64,000 nucleotides of DNA from Lingula anatina (Eukaryota; Animalia; Brachiopoda): positions 71,278,788-71,342,787 of the forward strand of contig CM120640.1 in NCBI GenBank assembly GCA_051362555.1, in the 5' to 3' direction. The notes under the pieces were generated by a model, which worked only from the letters and a program-made list of their open reading frames with translations, was not told where the DNA came from and searched no databases. The number at the start of each line of letters is the position of its first letter. The first letter of the stretch is position 1. The position numbers and the translations under genes were made by a program. Below, piece by piece: positions 39,763-57,200 of the stretch.

Positions 39763-40138
39763 GGTAATTATCGACTTGCAGTCAAGGTTTTTATGGTCCC
39801 TCCTGCAGTCTTAGCATGGCTTCACTGCGTGCATTTGTGCAAAGATAATTTATATTTTTGAATCTGTCCATTATTTATATGTGGACCCAGCCTTTTCGGA
39901 TTTTGAAGTATGAATAATCTTACTGGATAAATGTAGTAATTCGTGTCAGCTATTTGATAAAGTGAAAGGATTGTGCATGATTTGAAGAGTCAAAATGTAA
40001 CATTATATTTGTATTTTGTAGTAAGTTATAGGTACAGTTAAGGGTTTTCAATTAGTGTTGATTACGAATCATAAAGAAGACCAGTAATATTAATCCAATT
40101 GATGAAGACAGATACTTTGTATTTGCCATGCTGTTACT

Positions 40139-40483
40139 TTAAGGGATAACAACTCTTGGTATGAGATCTATATTTCACAATAAATACATTGTAAACAACA
40201 CACAGAAATATAATATATTCTATTTTACCACAAAAACCGCAATTATAGCAATTAATCTGATATCTGTGCATGGCATCCGACCACATGACCTCCATAGATG
40301 GCTATACTCTGTAATAATCTCTCCAGAGATTATTACCAAAAAAAAAAAACTTTTGAAAAAAAAGAGGGATTAACTTTGAATGTAGAAATGGATTCATTAT
40401 CCATTGGTGAGTATGGGAAAATTGCTGTTTACCCACAGGAAAGTTCATTTTTTTGGCAAAATGAACAGTTATTATCTCTTTAA
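40139..40483. mobile_element. Possible TTAA-flanked (Kolobok-like) non-autonomous element
   Basis: ttaagggataacaact ... agttattatctctttaa form short imperfect inverted ends with TTAA on both sides. Confidence 0.35.
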
Positions 40484-40701
40484 ACTAAAATAGAATAAAT
40501 TCTTTAGTTTAAAAAGACATCTTTGTCCCAGTTTTATATTTTTGAAAGTCTTGGAGACTTAATAAAATGCACAGATATTCATAACACCCTTATCTGAGGC
40601 ATCTGAGTAAACCTCAATGTGCTGGGTACAGGAGAGAGGAGGTTCACATGTGTTTGCAGTATATAACATCAGTATATTACTTTGTGTATCATAGCATATT
40701 G

Positions 40702-47125
<6,424 letters not shown>

Positions 47126-47247
47126 TAACCATTGTTTTTCTGATGCTACACCTCTTACAGTGGGTGGAGACCCTACTCTGTACCAAGTCTTAGACAATTT
47201 ATTATATCAGCTTCCTCACTGGAGAACAGGGTCAAAACAGTGTAAAG

Positions 47248-47322
47248 ACAGAGACTAAGACAAACACAGGGGCATAATATTAACTGTTCATATTATGCCC
47301 CTGTGTTTGTCTTAGTCTCTGT
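47248..47322. other. Perfect 33-bp inverted repeat (hairpin) with a 9-nt loop downstream of the FANCC stop
   Basis: acagagactaagacaaacacaggggcataatat-taactgttc-atattatgcccctgtgtttgtcttagtctctgt. Confidence 0.95.
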
Positions 47323-47680
47323 TAAACAGCATTTGAGGAGATTATTGGTGCAATTAAAACAACGCTTTCTTGAATCAATATTGTTGAATTATTTTATTCC
47401 TTTTTTTTTTGTTCAAAGTGGAAAACCTACTAAAGAAAATAGTTGAAATCCAGTATATCTAAAATTTAAAATAAAATATTTTTGTAATTTATATCTTTGT
47501 TGGCATAGGATTTTATAGTAAATAAATGTAGACAAACATGTGACTAGATTTGCAAAAGCACTGAAACGAGAAAAAAATGAAGTGTCTGGCAAGTCAAAAT
47601 GGAACTTACTCGTGGTGTTTTCTGATAAATTTAGAATGTTTATGTATTAATTACTATGTTTTAGTTATAAAGAAATATCA

Positions 47681-50358
47681 TTAGTAAGTACGGTCTTCAT
47701 GGCACAGTTTCTTGATTCCTTCCCATTGCTGAGGAGGTGACACTGGACGTGTGGTAGCAGGTGTTCGCTCAGATGAGGTCCGGGAGGGAGGATCTGGCGC
47801 TGGTGGTACCGCTGAGTTCCTACAGCATACAATTTATAAATATAACAAATGTGTAGCTTACATTTCCTTTAAATTTAAAACATTTAAAATTATATGTAAT
47901 AAAATCAAACGTGCTGGTCACTTTTTTTTAAATAAACACGTAACGTACGTTATAATTTATGGAAAAACGACAAACTTTTAAGTCTTATTTCTGTTTAAAT
48001 TAAAACATGTTTTGAAAATGCGTTTACGGAAGATGTAATTATATTATATTAAATTTGATTTGATTTCGCTCACCGGGTGTCAGGTGTGTCGTTAGACAGA
48101 GTTACCCCTGTGGCAAGAGACTGATTTTGCCCAGCGTTTCCGGGAATAGGCTCAACAAACCTTAGTTTCTGCAAACTGCCAGTCAAGGATTGAGAAGAAG
48201 CGTCCTGTCCACGTGAGGGAGGAGCAGCACGAGGCAAGCCGCCAGGACTACCAGTGGATGTGATTGCAGAAGCGTGAAGTAGAGGTCGTCGAGTGACGGG
48301 CAGTGAGACATCGGGTTGAATAGGAGCGACTGCACGTGGGCGGTTACCCGATAATACGGGAGAAAAGAGCGTCGGAGGAACATTTGCAACAACAGTGGCA
48401 GGTGTCGGAATCAGCACAAGGTACTGTGGAACATGTGGCGCCATTTGTCCACTGCTTATCTGTGGCATAACTGTTGCCGTGGTATTGTTGTCGAATGGCA
48501 TAACTGTTGCCGTGATATTGTTGTTGCATGGCATAACTGTTGCCGTGATATTGTTGTTGCATGGCATAACTGTTGCCGTTGTATTGTTGTTGTATGGCAT
48601 AACTGTTGCTGTGATATTGTTGTTGTATGGCATTACTGCTGCCGGATTCACCGGATGATCCTGGCTCCCTAAATCCACGTTCCGCTGCAAAGTTTGGGCG
48701 TTCAAACTGTTAACCGTATTGACGCAGTTACGGTAGTTCCGGAAAAGTTTATATCGCTCTACCTTTAGTTTGCTGATCTGTTTGTTGATATCAAAGTGTC
48801 TGCGGCGAAAATCGGCAACCAGTGCCTGGATGTGGCGAGGCGTTACAGCAGTTGTAAATGACATGAGAGAATGAGCGGCTGACTTTGCGACATTGGCGAC
48901 TGGTACGCCATTGGCACTGCCAACGACTGGCATGGTAACATGTGTGGCTGGCATTGAAGCGACTGGGTTTGACATGGCAGTTCCTGTGGCTGTCAGCGCA
49001 TGTACAGAACCTGGCTTAGTCATTCTATTGCTTGTCAAGAATGTAGCTGAAGGCGCACTCGTTAAACCTGCAGTCACGATTGGTGGATTAACTGTCTGTA
49101 TACCTGGTATACTTGATGGTTCGCTGTGAGCCAAACGGTCGTTCTGATGTTGAATAGATGTGTGATTTCTGCGAAACAAGTCCTTGTTTTCTCTGATAGA
49201 TTTCTCAGGAATTGCCGAGATGTTAGAACGTTTTATGAACCTTTCAGTGTCTTGTGTCTGTGTATAAAAAGAGCTTTCCGCTGTCATACACTCATCCTCT
49301 CTTTCATTTACGTGGTCTTCTTTTCCATGGTGACGTATGTGACAAGCACCGCCAGCCAGTTGCGTAGCAAGAGAGCCATGTCCAACTTTGTCTTGTGAAG
49401 TCGCAACATTTTCACTGCTTGTGCCGGTATTATTGTAACACTGAGCATGTTTAACGCCGCACATGTTAACGAGGTTCTCGTTGTCGCTGACTTCCGGTTT
49501 AACATGCTTGTCACATAGATTGCGATCCCCACTGCCTTGACTTGTTTGTAGAATGTCAGGGTTCGTACCTTGGACACTCGCAGCGGCGTCTTCTGCAAAG
49601 TTCTTGTTGTCAATATCCTTTGACAAGTCCCGAAAACTCGAAACATCGAAATTGTTTTCACCATCAATTTCAAATTCAGCACCAAAGACTTGGGAACGTG
49701 TCTCTTCCTCCGCCGGGTCCTCTTTGTCTTCTATCTGACTGCGGACATTGTTGATATTGGTGTTATCAGCGCCATATTCAGGGCTGAGCGTCGGCATCGT
49801 CTTACTTCCTTGGTATGTGTTGTCCACCAAATGTTCAGGTAATATAGGGTTGAGTACCGGCATACTTCTAAAGTTGACTCGTTCTCTCTTTTTGCAGGTA
49901 AATATCTTTTCTTCTAAATCTATCCATCTTTGATATCCGATCCTCAGTAAATGTCTGAGTAGTCCTGGCTTGCCGAACTGGAAGTTTGAACTGAAGTATA
50001 TCATCAGACCGCTCAGTGGCGGTGGCTCGTGCAGTCCAAGCTCTGAAAACCGAAGTGCTCCGCTGGTCGAGACTTTACGAAATCCAAATCTTTGTAAGTT
50101 TCTCGTCAAAGATTTCAGTTTGCTCGTGGTCAGTAACCCTGCATATTGTTCCATGGCCAGAGCTTTGTACCCGATACTGTCAATAACGACGGCCTTCCCA
50201 TCTTCGGTCCACCTTATGACACCCTCTCGAGGATGCATGTGGACCATTATCCACAGACGGATAGGAAAGGCTGTCGTCCAAGGTGAATCCACGGGGTTTT
50301 CCACATTAATCAAGTCCTTTATGAAATCCTGCACGAAGTCCTCTGCTGTCGTGGTCAT
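47681..50358 (-). CDS. HSF-type DNA-binding domain protein (divergent, HSF5/HSFX/HSFY-like), about 807 aa
   Basis: HSF DBD motifs FPIRLWIMV..VIRWTEDGKAVVI..KSLTRNLQRFGFRKV..YFSSNFQFGKPGLL. Main exon 48074-50358 ends at CG|gtgagc, and a probable terminal exon 47681-47819 is in frame. The ORF also extends upstream to an ATG at 50580, but an acceptor near 50410 suggests the start is 50358. Confidence 0.75.
48463..48638 (-). repeat. 33 bp coding minisatellite (MP[Y/C/F]NNN[I/T]TATV, about 5 copies) in the HSF-like ORF
   Basis: Visible in both the DNA and the translation. Confidence 0.9.
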
Positions 50359-50444
50359 GTTCGGTCCGAGATGTTTGCAGACGACGGGTGAACTGCTTGC
50401 CTGTTCATACTGAAATAAGTTGTGATGGAGACGAGGATTGTGCA

Positions 50445-50856
50445 CATTATGACGTAATGATTTACGAATGCACATACTGTGACGTAAAGCTTTACTGTGA
50501 CGTAAAGCTTTACGATAGCCAAAAAATCTGAACGTCGCATTTTTAGCTTTGATTATTTCAGTTCTGAACACCGATTGCATGCTAAAGTTTCGTTCGAATA
50601 CTAAAATATATCACATACATTATACACACGCAAATACTGTTTGTAGTCTGAATTCATTAGGAGATAATATCAGTGAACTTATATGCTATTCCTCTCATGA
50701 TTTTGTTTGATAACTATGATGCAGATACATACATTTGGCAAATTTGTGACGCAGCCATGACGTGACGCACGTTACGTGATGATGTCATGCAAACAGTCAT
50801 CCAAAGAAGCGCTTTTTCGAGAATTTGAAGTTCCATAGGAAGACGGGATCTAGAAG
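50445..50856. promoter_or_regulatory. Divergent promoter region rich in CRE-like TGACG motifs
   Basis: TGACGTAA three times at about 50450-50505 and a TGACG cluster at 50746-50780. A plus-strand donor AAG|gtaggt follows 50856. Confidence 0.45.
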
Positions 50857-51153
50857 GTAGGTATGTTCCATGTCAAAAACAGTATGTTATTAACCACAGA
50901 GAAGATGTTTCGATTAAAAGGCCGTTTTATCATTTTGATGTTCTTTTTTTATTTATTCCCCGAGTCCATTTAAATTTTAACGTAGGCGTAAATGGTATCC
51001 TTCTCGTGCATATCATGGGACTATCCCTAATTACGATTTCTTTATTTTTTTCAAACTTAAGATATATCCTGATGGTGTTTAGCTCATTCTATGCTTATGA
51101 ACCCTTTTTCTTTAACAAATGTTTTTGCAGGCACTCTTTCAGATATCAAAAAA

Positions 51154-52353
51154 ATGAACAAAAGAACCATTAGTTCGAATGTGAGAGTGGTCCATGTCCA
51201 ACCGCGTAAGTCAGAAAACTCTGATGCCATCGACGAACATGACGCCACAGACGCCTATGCCTGTTCCAAATGTTCTAGCGATGAATTAGACACAAATCTC
51301 CCGAAAGTCAAACTAGTCCATGTTCGTCCATGTCGCTCAGATAACACTGGAGTCACCAAAACTGAGGATAGTGGGTTTCAAGTTAACCCTACCACCGAGG
51401 ACCAGAACTCTGTATCGGGTTTTCCTGCTTTAAGCACGGTTAAAGCCCGTCCTTTATATTCAGAGAGCGACGTAGTCGACGGTGAGTACAGCCAAGTCTC
51501 TCACAACATCATGAAATATAATAAATTAGCTGAAAACTTCTCCAAGGCTCCAAAGGTAAATAACACGAGTGGCGCTTGGTCATGCCGCTCGGAAAAACCT
51601 AAAAGAGAAAACGATGATAATATTGATGTCGCCTTTGCTATGACAGAGTCTACTGAACATATCGCCTGTGGAGATTTTCAGCTACCAAACGAAGTTGCTG
51701 ATGATATGACCTCACATCTGAAAGACAATGACCGCATTCTGACGTCATCTCCTATATCCACTGAGGAAACACGGGAAAACAGGCCTGCTGCAAGTTCAGA
51801 CTGGAAAAAGCCATTCAAATCAGATTTAAAAGAACTCCGATCCATGAAGACAGAGAGGTGTGGGGCTATTACTGTGGAGGACTATAAGGCCAATGGACCA
51901 TGTGCTTTTTCTCATTCTGAATTAAGGAATCAGCTGGGTATGTTGGAAAATGTATATATGACCATGAAACGACAGATGGAGTCTCTTCTGGACGAAGCCA
52001 AACGCCAGCGTAAAGTAACACGTGGTCTCGAGGCAGACTTCAGACTGCTCTCAGTAAGAGCAGACTTGATGCGCAAGGATATGAGCGTACTGCACTCCGA
52101 CGTTATTGTTCACTTGCAAGAAGCAACCGAAAAAGAGTACTTGGAAAAAGTTAACGACAAAATGCACGCTTTTGACCGCGGCATGCGCCTGGTGCCGTAC
52201 CGCATCAAGTCCGACCAAGATATGCCGGAGATGGTGTTCAGAGCGCCCTCTGTGGAAAACCGGAGAAAGAAACACGCAGTTAGAATACGGAAATTGGGCG
52301 GAGGGATCAGGGATAAGCTCAAGGCTTTGGGCTTCAAAAGGACAGATAATTGA
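51154..52353 (+). CDS. Uncharacterised 399-aa protein with a C-terminal coiled coil
   Basis: Long ORF. An acceptor ttttgcag ends at 51130 just before ATG 51154. Heptad-like segment ELRNQLGMLENVYMTMKRQMESLLDEAKRQ. AATAAA at about 52505. Confidence 0.7.
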   Translation: MNKRTISSNVRVVHVQPRKSENSDAIDEHDATDAYACSKCSSDELDTNLPKVKLVHVRPCRSDNTGVTKTEDSGFQVNPTTEDQNSVSGFPALSTVKARPLYSESDVVDGEYSQVSHNIMKYNKLAENFSKAPKVNNTSGAWSCRSEKPKRENDDNIDVAFAMTESTEHIACGDFQLPNEVADDMTSHLKDNDRILTSSPISTEETRENRPAASSDWKKPFKSDLKELRSMKTERCGAITVEDYKANGPCAFSHSELRNQLGMLENVYMTMKRQMESLLDEAKRQRKVTRGLEADFRLLSVRADLMRKDMSVLHSDVIVHLQEATEKEYLEKVNDKMHAFDRGMRLVPYRIKSDQDMPEMVFRAPSVENRRKKHAVRIRKLGGGIRDKLKALGFKRTDN

Positions 52354-54253
52354 ACTTTGTGATCACTGCCGTTACTTCTTGGTTTCCACAAAACACGGGA
52401 GTTCCACACTGGCGGTTTGAACACAACACTTGGTTTTGCAAAAGACGAACACTTTATTTTACTTTTCGTTAAAAAATGAACTGGTCAAATATGACGCCAG
52501 TCACAATAAAATAGAACAAAAACGGCAACAAAATGCTATATCACGTAATAAAAAGCCTAGAAACTTACAAAATATTTGCAATGCACACACCCGTTTAAAG
52601 GGTCCTGCGTTTCCCGATGTTGGTGCCAATATACAACTGTATGAGAGGTACCAACTGGTTAAGTACATGTACCAGTCTTTAATATTTTTATCTGCGCTAA
52701 CCCCTACCTGTCATCACAATATACAACATTTTAAATAACGTACGCACTAACAAACTATCCACCCAAAAATGATACATCAGCCACGACTGCACTCTATCAA
52801 ACACTTGGCTTTCTCACCTGTATATGTAAAAGAGACGTCTTCGAGTGTAATCGCCATGCATAGTACACGTTGGAAACAGCGTGGCAAGAACCTCACTGCA
52901 TACAATAAGCCTATTCTCAACTTCAAGCCATCATAATACATATGTTAATACGTTTACTATTGCACACTTTAAAATAGAGATTCATAAATTACATACATGC
53001 CACAGACGGCAGACTAGATAAAATGTTTACAAGCAGTAGGATATGAAATGTTCAGCTGAACGTCTATCATGCTCAAGTTTCACAATAAATACATAGAATT
53101 TTTACAATGACATCCCATCCAGCCAATCTCTAGAAGACCGGGAAGTGAGGAGACGCCAATACTTCACATCAGTATGGAGGCTGCAGAGAGTATTTTGAGC
53201 AGTGGCAGGACTTTTTTTTCTATATTTGGTTAGTCACACAGGAAGCACTGCCGCACAACTCGGCATAAACTATTCAAAACGAGACTTAATTCCATGGATT
53301 TTGTGCTTTCTAATAGCCCCCCCCCCCCATCCTCACTCTACCACCATCAAATAAATAAGTTATCAACATATATGAAAATAAATGGTCTTTGGCAATTACT
53401 TATGGTTCGTTTAGAGGTATATGGAAATTGAGGACTATTTGGAGATGGTGATCCTAGGAGACTGTCAACTAACCCTTGATATGCTAAGTTTTTACATCAC
53501 TAATCATTAACAAACAATCAGGAAGTAATATACATGAAGCAGTTCAATCACCATGACAACTGCTCTGGTGACAATGATTTGTCACATGATTTGCCTACAG
53601 CACTGAAACAGTCTGAATATACGTCAATCCACTGAGCTAGCTGGAACATATCCAATATCATAAAACAAATTCAAAGCAATGCTGTGCTATCAGACTTCTC
53701 AGTGCACTTCACAATAAAATGAACAGTCAACAGCAATATGTATAGAAATTTCCTGTTATCTTAACCAGCTATACCAGATCACATTGCTAAGTAGGCCATG
53801 CCATCCTATGTACTGGAAAGTTAACTGATTCATACAAGCAAATCTCATAGTGGCTGCTGCTTACCAGGGACCACATAACTGTCAATAGGGACAATTATAA
53901 CTGTATAAAAACAATTACTTTGGTATTGGCAACATGGGATCTGTCTTCTGCCACTTGTAAATTTTGGAACATTTTGCCAAGAAACTTATTGTAAATGCTG
54001 GAAGATTTTGCCAAAACCTCATCCTTGTTCAACCTGATTTATCTCTTGCAACTTATAAATATTTGGAAGTTTTTGTCAAATCTTGTCCTTCAAATAGTTC
54101 TAGTTGATTTGTCAGCTGCATATACTTTGGTGTTTGTGCTCCTAGCAGAAGTCAGTAGTATGGCAGTGAATACAAGCACTACAGCCAGCTGCCAGCAAAC
54201 TGTTCTATAAGCTCTGGTCTGTAGTTCTCTCTCTGTGCACCAGGTGTCACCAT

Positions 54254-57200
54254 TCATGCTGCTGTCTTCTCTGTGGTGATGGTGACGGTGTCGGTGGGAC
54301 CAGCGCTGGTGGGGGTGGAGGTGGGGGTGATCTCCGCCAGTTTTTCTAGGTATTCCACAACATTCACATAACCAGCCTCTCTGGCCAAGTCTGTCGGCAC
54401 CTGGCCATCCTGAGGAAAACAAATAAGACATTTTTTGTCAATGACAATCCCTACACACCCCTGATAATACAGTAGCCCACTTCCAACAGATTTTTTATGA
54501 TCCATATTCAAGATTCTTTAGAAATTATTTCACATCAAACACTATATACCTACGTTGTTTTTTAGATCCAGTTTTGCTCCTGCTTGAATGAGTTCCTTCA
54601 CTATTTTTAACTGCCCAAACAAAGCTGCCGCATGAAGTGCGCTCTCTCCATTCTGAAACATACACAGTTACATTAATTAAGGTCCTTGCCTTGTCTTCTC
54701 TCTACTTTATGAACATAACTGACAAAACCAAATCCCCTTGGAAGCGTGTCTTAATTTAAGGCTTGTACAATTTTTATTTAACATTTTCAAATGTGTCTTA
54801 TGTTACAGCACACCTACCTTTATCACTCCCAAGTTAGGTTTACATTTCAGCAGTTCTTTCACCACCTCCAGGTGACCTTTGTGGGATGCCTTAAATAATG
54901 GGGTGGCTCCATCCTAGCTCAAACATAAAACATTGATGAAGTGCTTCATTGCTGATAAGTAGATTATGGAGACCATTAGGGACCATTCCCAGACTCTATC
55001 GTGCTAACCTATACTGTCAGTCTAAATATATTCTCGAACACAATCTTAACTTACTTCTCTTATACAATCTAAACTTAATTCTCTAACTTAATCAAAACTT
55101 ACTTCTCTAACACAATCTTAACTTATATTCTCTAACACAATCTAAACTTACTTCCCTAATACAATCTAAACTTACTTCTCTAACACAGTCAACCTCTGCA
55201 CCAGCATCAATGAGTTCCTTCACAACTGTGACATGCCCCATCTGACAGGCTATCCACAGAGCACTGGCGCCATCCTGTGGACACAAACAATAATATTACT
55301 GATGACAGCTTTTGATCAAGATAAAAAATTAAACAAATAAACATGTATTTGACATAAAATACTAGAAATTTTGTGTGGTAGATAGCTGGCAATGTTCAAT
55401 CTAAATAACAATCACCTTTCTCCTTGCATTGGCTTTTGCTCCCTTGGAGAGTAAGAATTTCACCATTTTCAAATGTCCATTCTGTGCTGCTATGAACAGT
55501 GAAGTGGCTCCATCTATCATCTCTGCCTGAATGTCTGCTCCGCGGGCTATCAGTTCCTCAGCCACATCTAAGTGGTTACACTGACAGGCCACAAATAAAG
55601 GTGTACCTCCATCCTGAAACACAGCATCATCTTACATAAATCTTCTCTCATGGCAAGCAAATTTATCTGTCTTAATGCAATATAAATTAATTTATTAAAC
55701 TAACCCTATATTATTACTAAAAAATATTTCAGTTAGTCTGATTTCTGTTATTATAAATTAAACTGGCAAAATTGTTGTTTTATTTACATAGTTGTACAGG
55801 TCAACTTACATAGCTGGGCAGGTCAACTTAAATAGTAAGGCAGGTCAACTTACATAGCTGGGCAGGTCAACAGGTGCCCCATTCTCCAGCAGTTCCTTCA
55901 CTATGTCTAAATAGCCTCCTTGAGCAGCAAAGAACAATGCACATGTACCAGTCTGGCAAAAGAAAAAAAAACTATTTCAATCTCTTATGCATTTCAAATA
56001 CAAGTTGACAATATAAAACAATATGCTTATAATAAGCTGCTTATTATGTTGCTCATCACACTGATACTGTAAAACAATATGCTTATTATGTTTATCACCA
56101 CACTATAATAAGTCAATAAAATGTAAAAACCAGTGCTGACTGCTGCTTTACAACCTGCATTTATCAGAATTCCCTTGTAAATTTCACATCATGTATTTAT
56201 GATCATTTCCATCAGCCCCAGGGGCAACAACCTGGTCAATTTAGATCCAAGCAAGTCATAAACCTGGGATATAAAACACAGTGTGTCACTGTTTGGCAAG
56301 CACAGCTGTTCTTTATTGCTGCAAACCTTCAGGAGGCATTAGGTCTGTTACCTTTGCTATTTAGATACCGGTATACTGGGTATGACAATGTATTGGAAAT
56401 GACAAGCTGTACGTGTTGTCTTACCAATCTCCTTGCTCCAGGGTCAGCCCCTTGTTTTAGGAGTTCTTTAACACAGTCCAGGTGATTGTTAGCAGAGGCT
56501 AAGATAAGGGGAGTTGTCCCCTCCTAAAATTGAGGAAAAAATCAAAAAGAGGTAATACAATCACATGTCCAACAGGAGATAAATAGATTCCACTATCGTA
56601 ATCTACTACCCTCTACCAGGGCGAGTGATAGATTTTTTTACAGATATTCACAGATATGTCTCTAGCTAGATAGATAGTCATTTACAGCTGAACTCACCCT
56701 GTTGAGGAATCTCAAGGCTGATTACATGGCTGATAATCGTTTGCATAACTGCTCAGGCACTGCCACTTAGCAGGTCCAGTCTAAGTCTGCGTGACAGCAA
56801 TCAAGACAGTTAATTACTCTGACTTCAATCACTTGCTCTTCTGTGACAGATAAAAAAGCCTTAGACTGGTTGCGTAACGAGCAGTTATCACATGGTTGTG
56901 AAGCAAAGCTCATGCAGAGCAAGTACAAAGCCTTTGGCGCGCGGGCAGAGATAATTGCTCCCACATGGGATTCCTCAACAGGGTGGGTTTAGCTGAAAAT
57001 GACCATCTATCTAGCTAGAGACATATCTGTGAATATCTGTAAAAAATCTATCACTCACCCTGGTAGAGGGTAGTAATCTACAATGACTAAAATGTAGAGT
57101 AATTTGCATCTGATAAAGACATTTTAAGTGAGTTTGTCTTAAACCTTAACAGTGATTTCACATCAACTTATTCTTACTTTATCTTTGCAGTCTACATGAA

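Noticed and set aside
50359-50580. N-terminal 74 aa of the 836-aa ORF
   Set aside because: It contains an acceptor-like site near 50410 and promoter-like duplicated motifs, so it is more likely UTR or intron. Not fully excluded.
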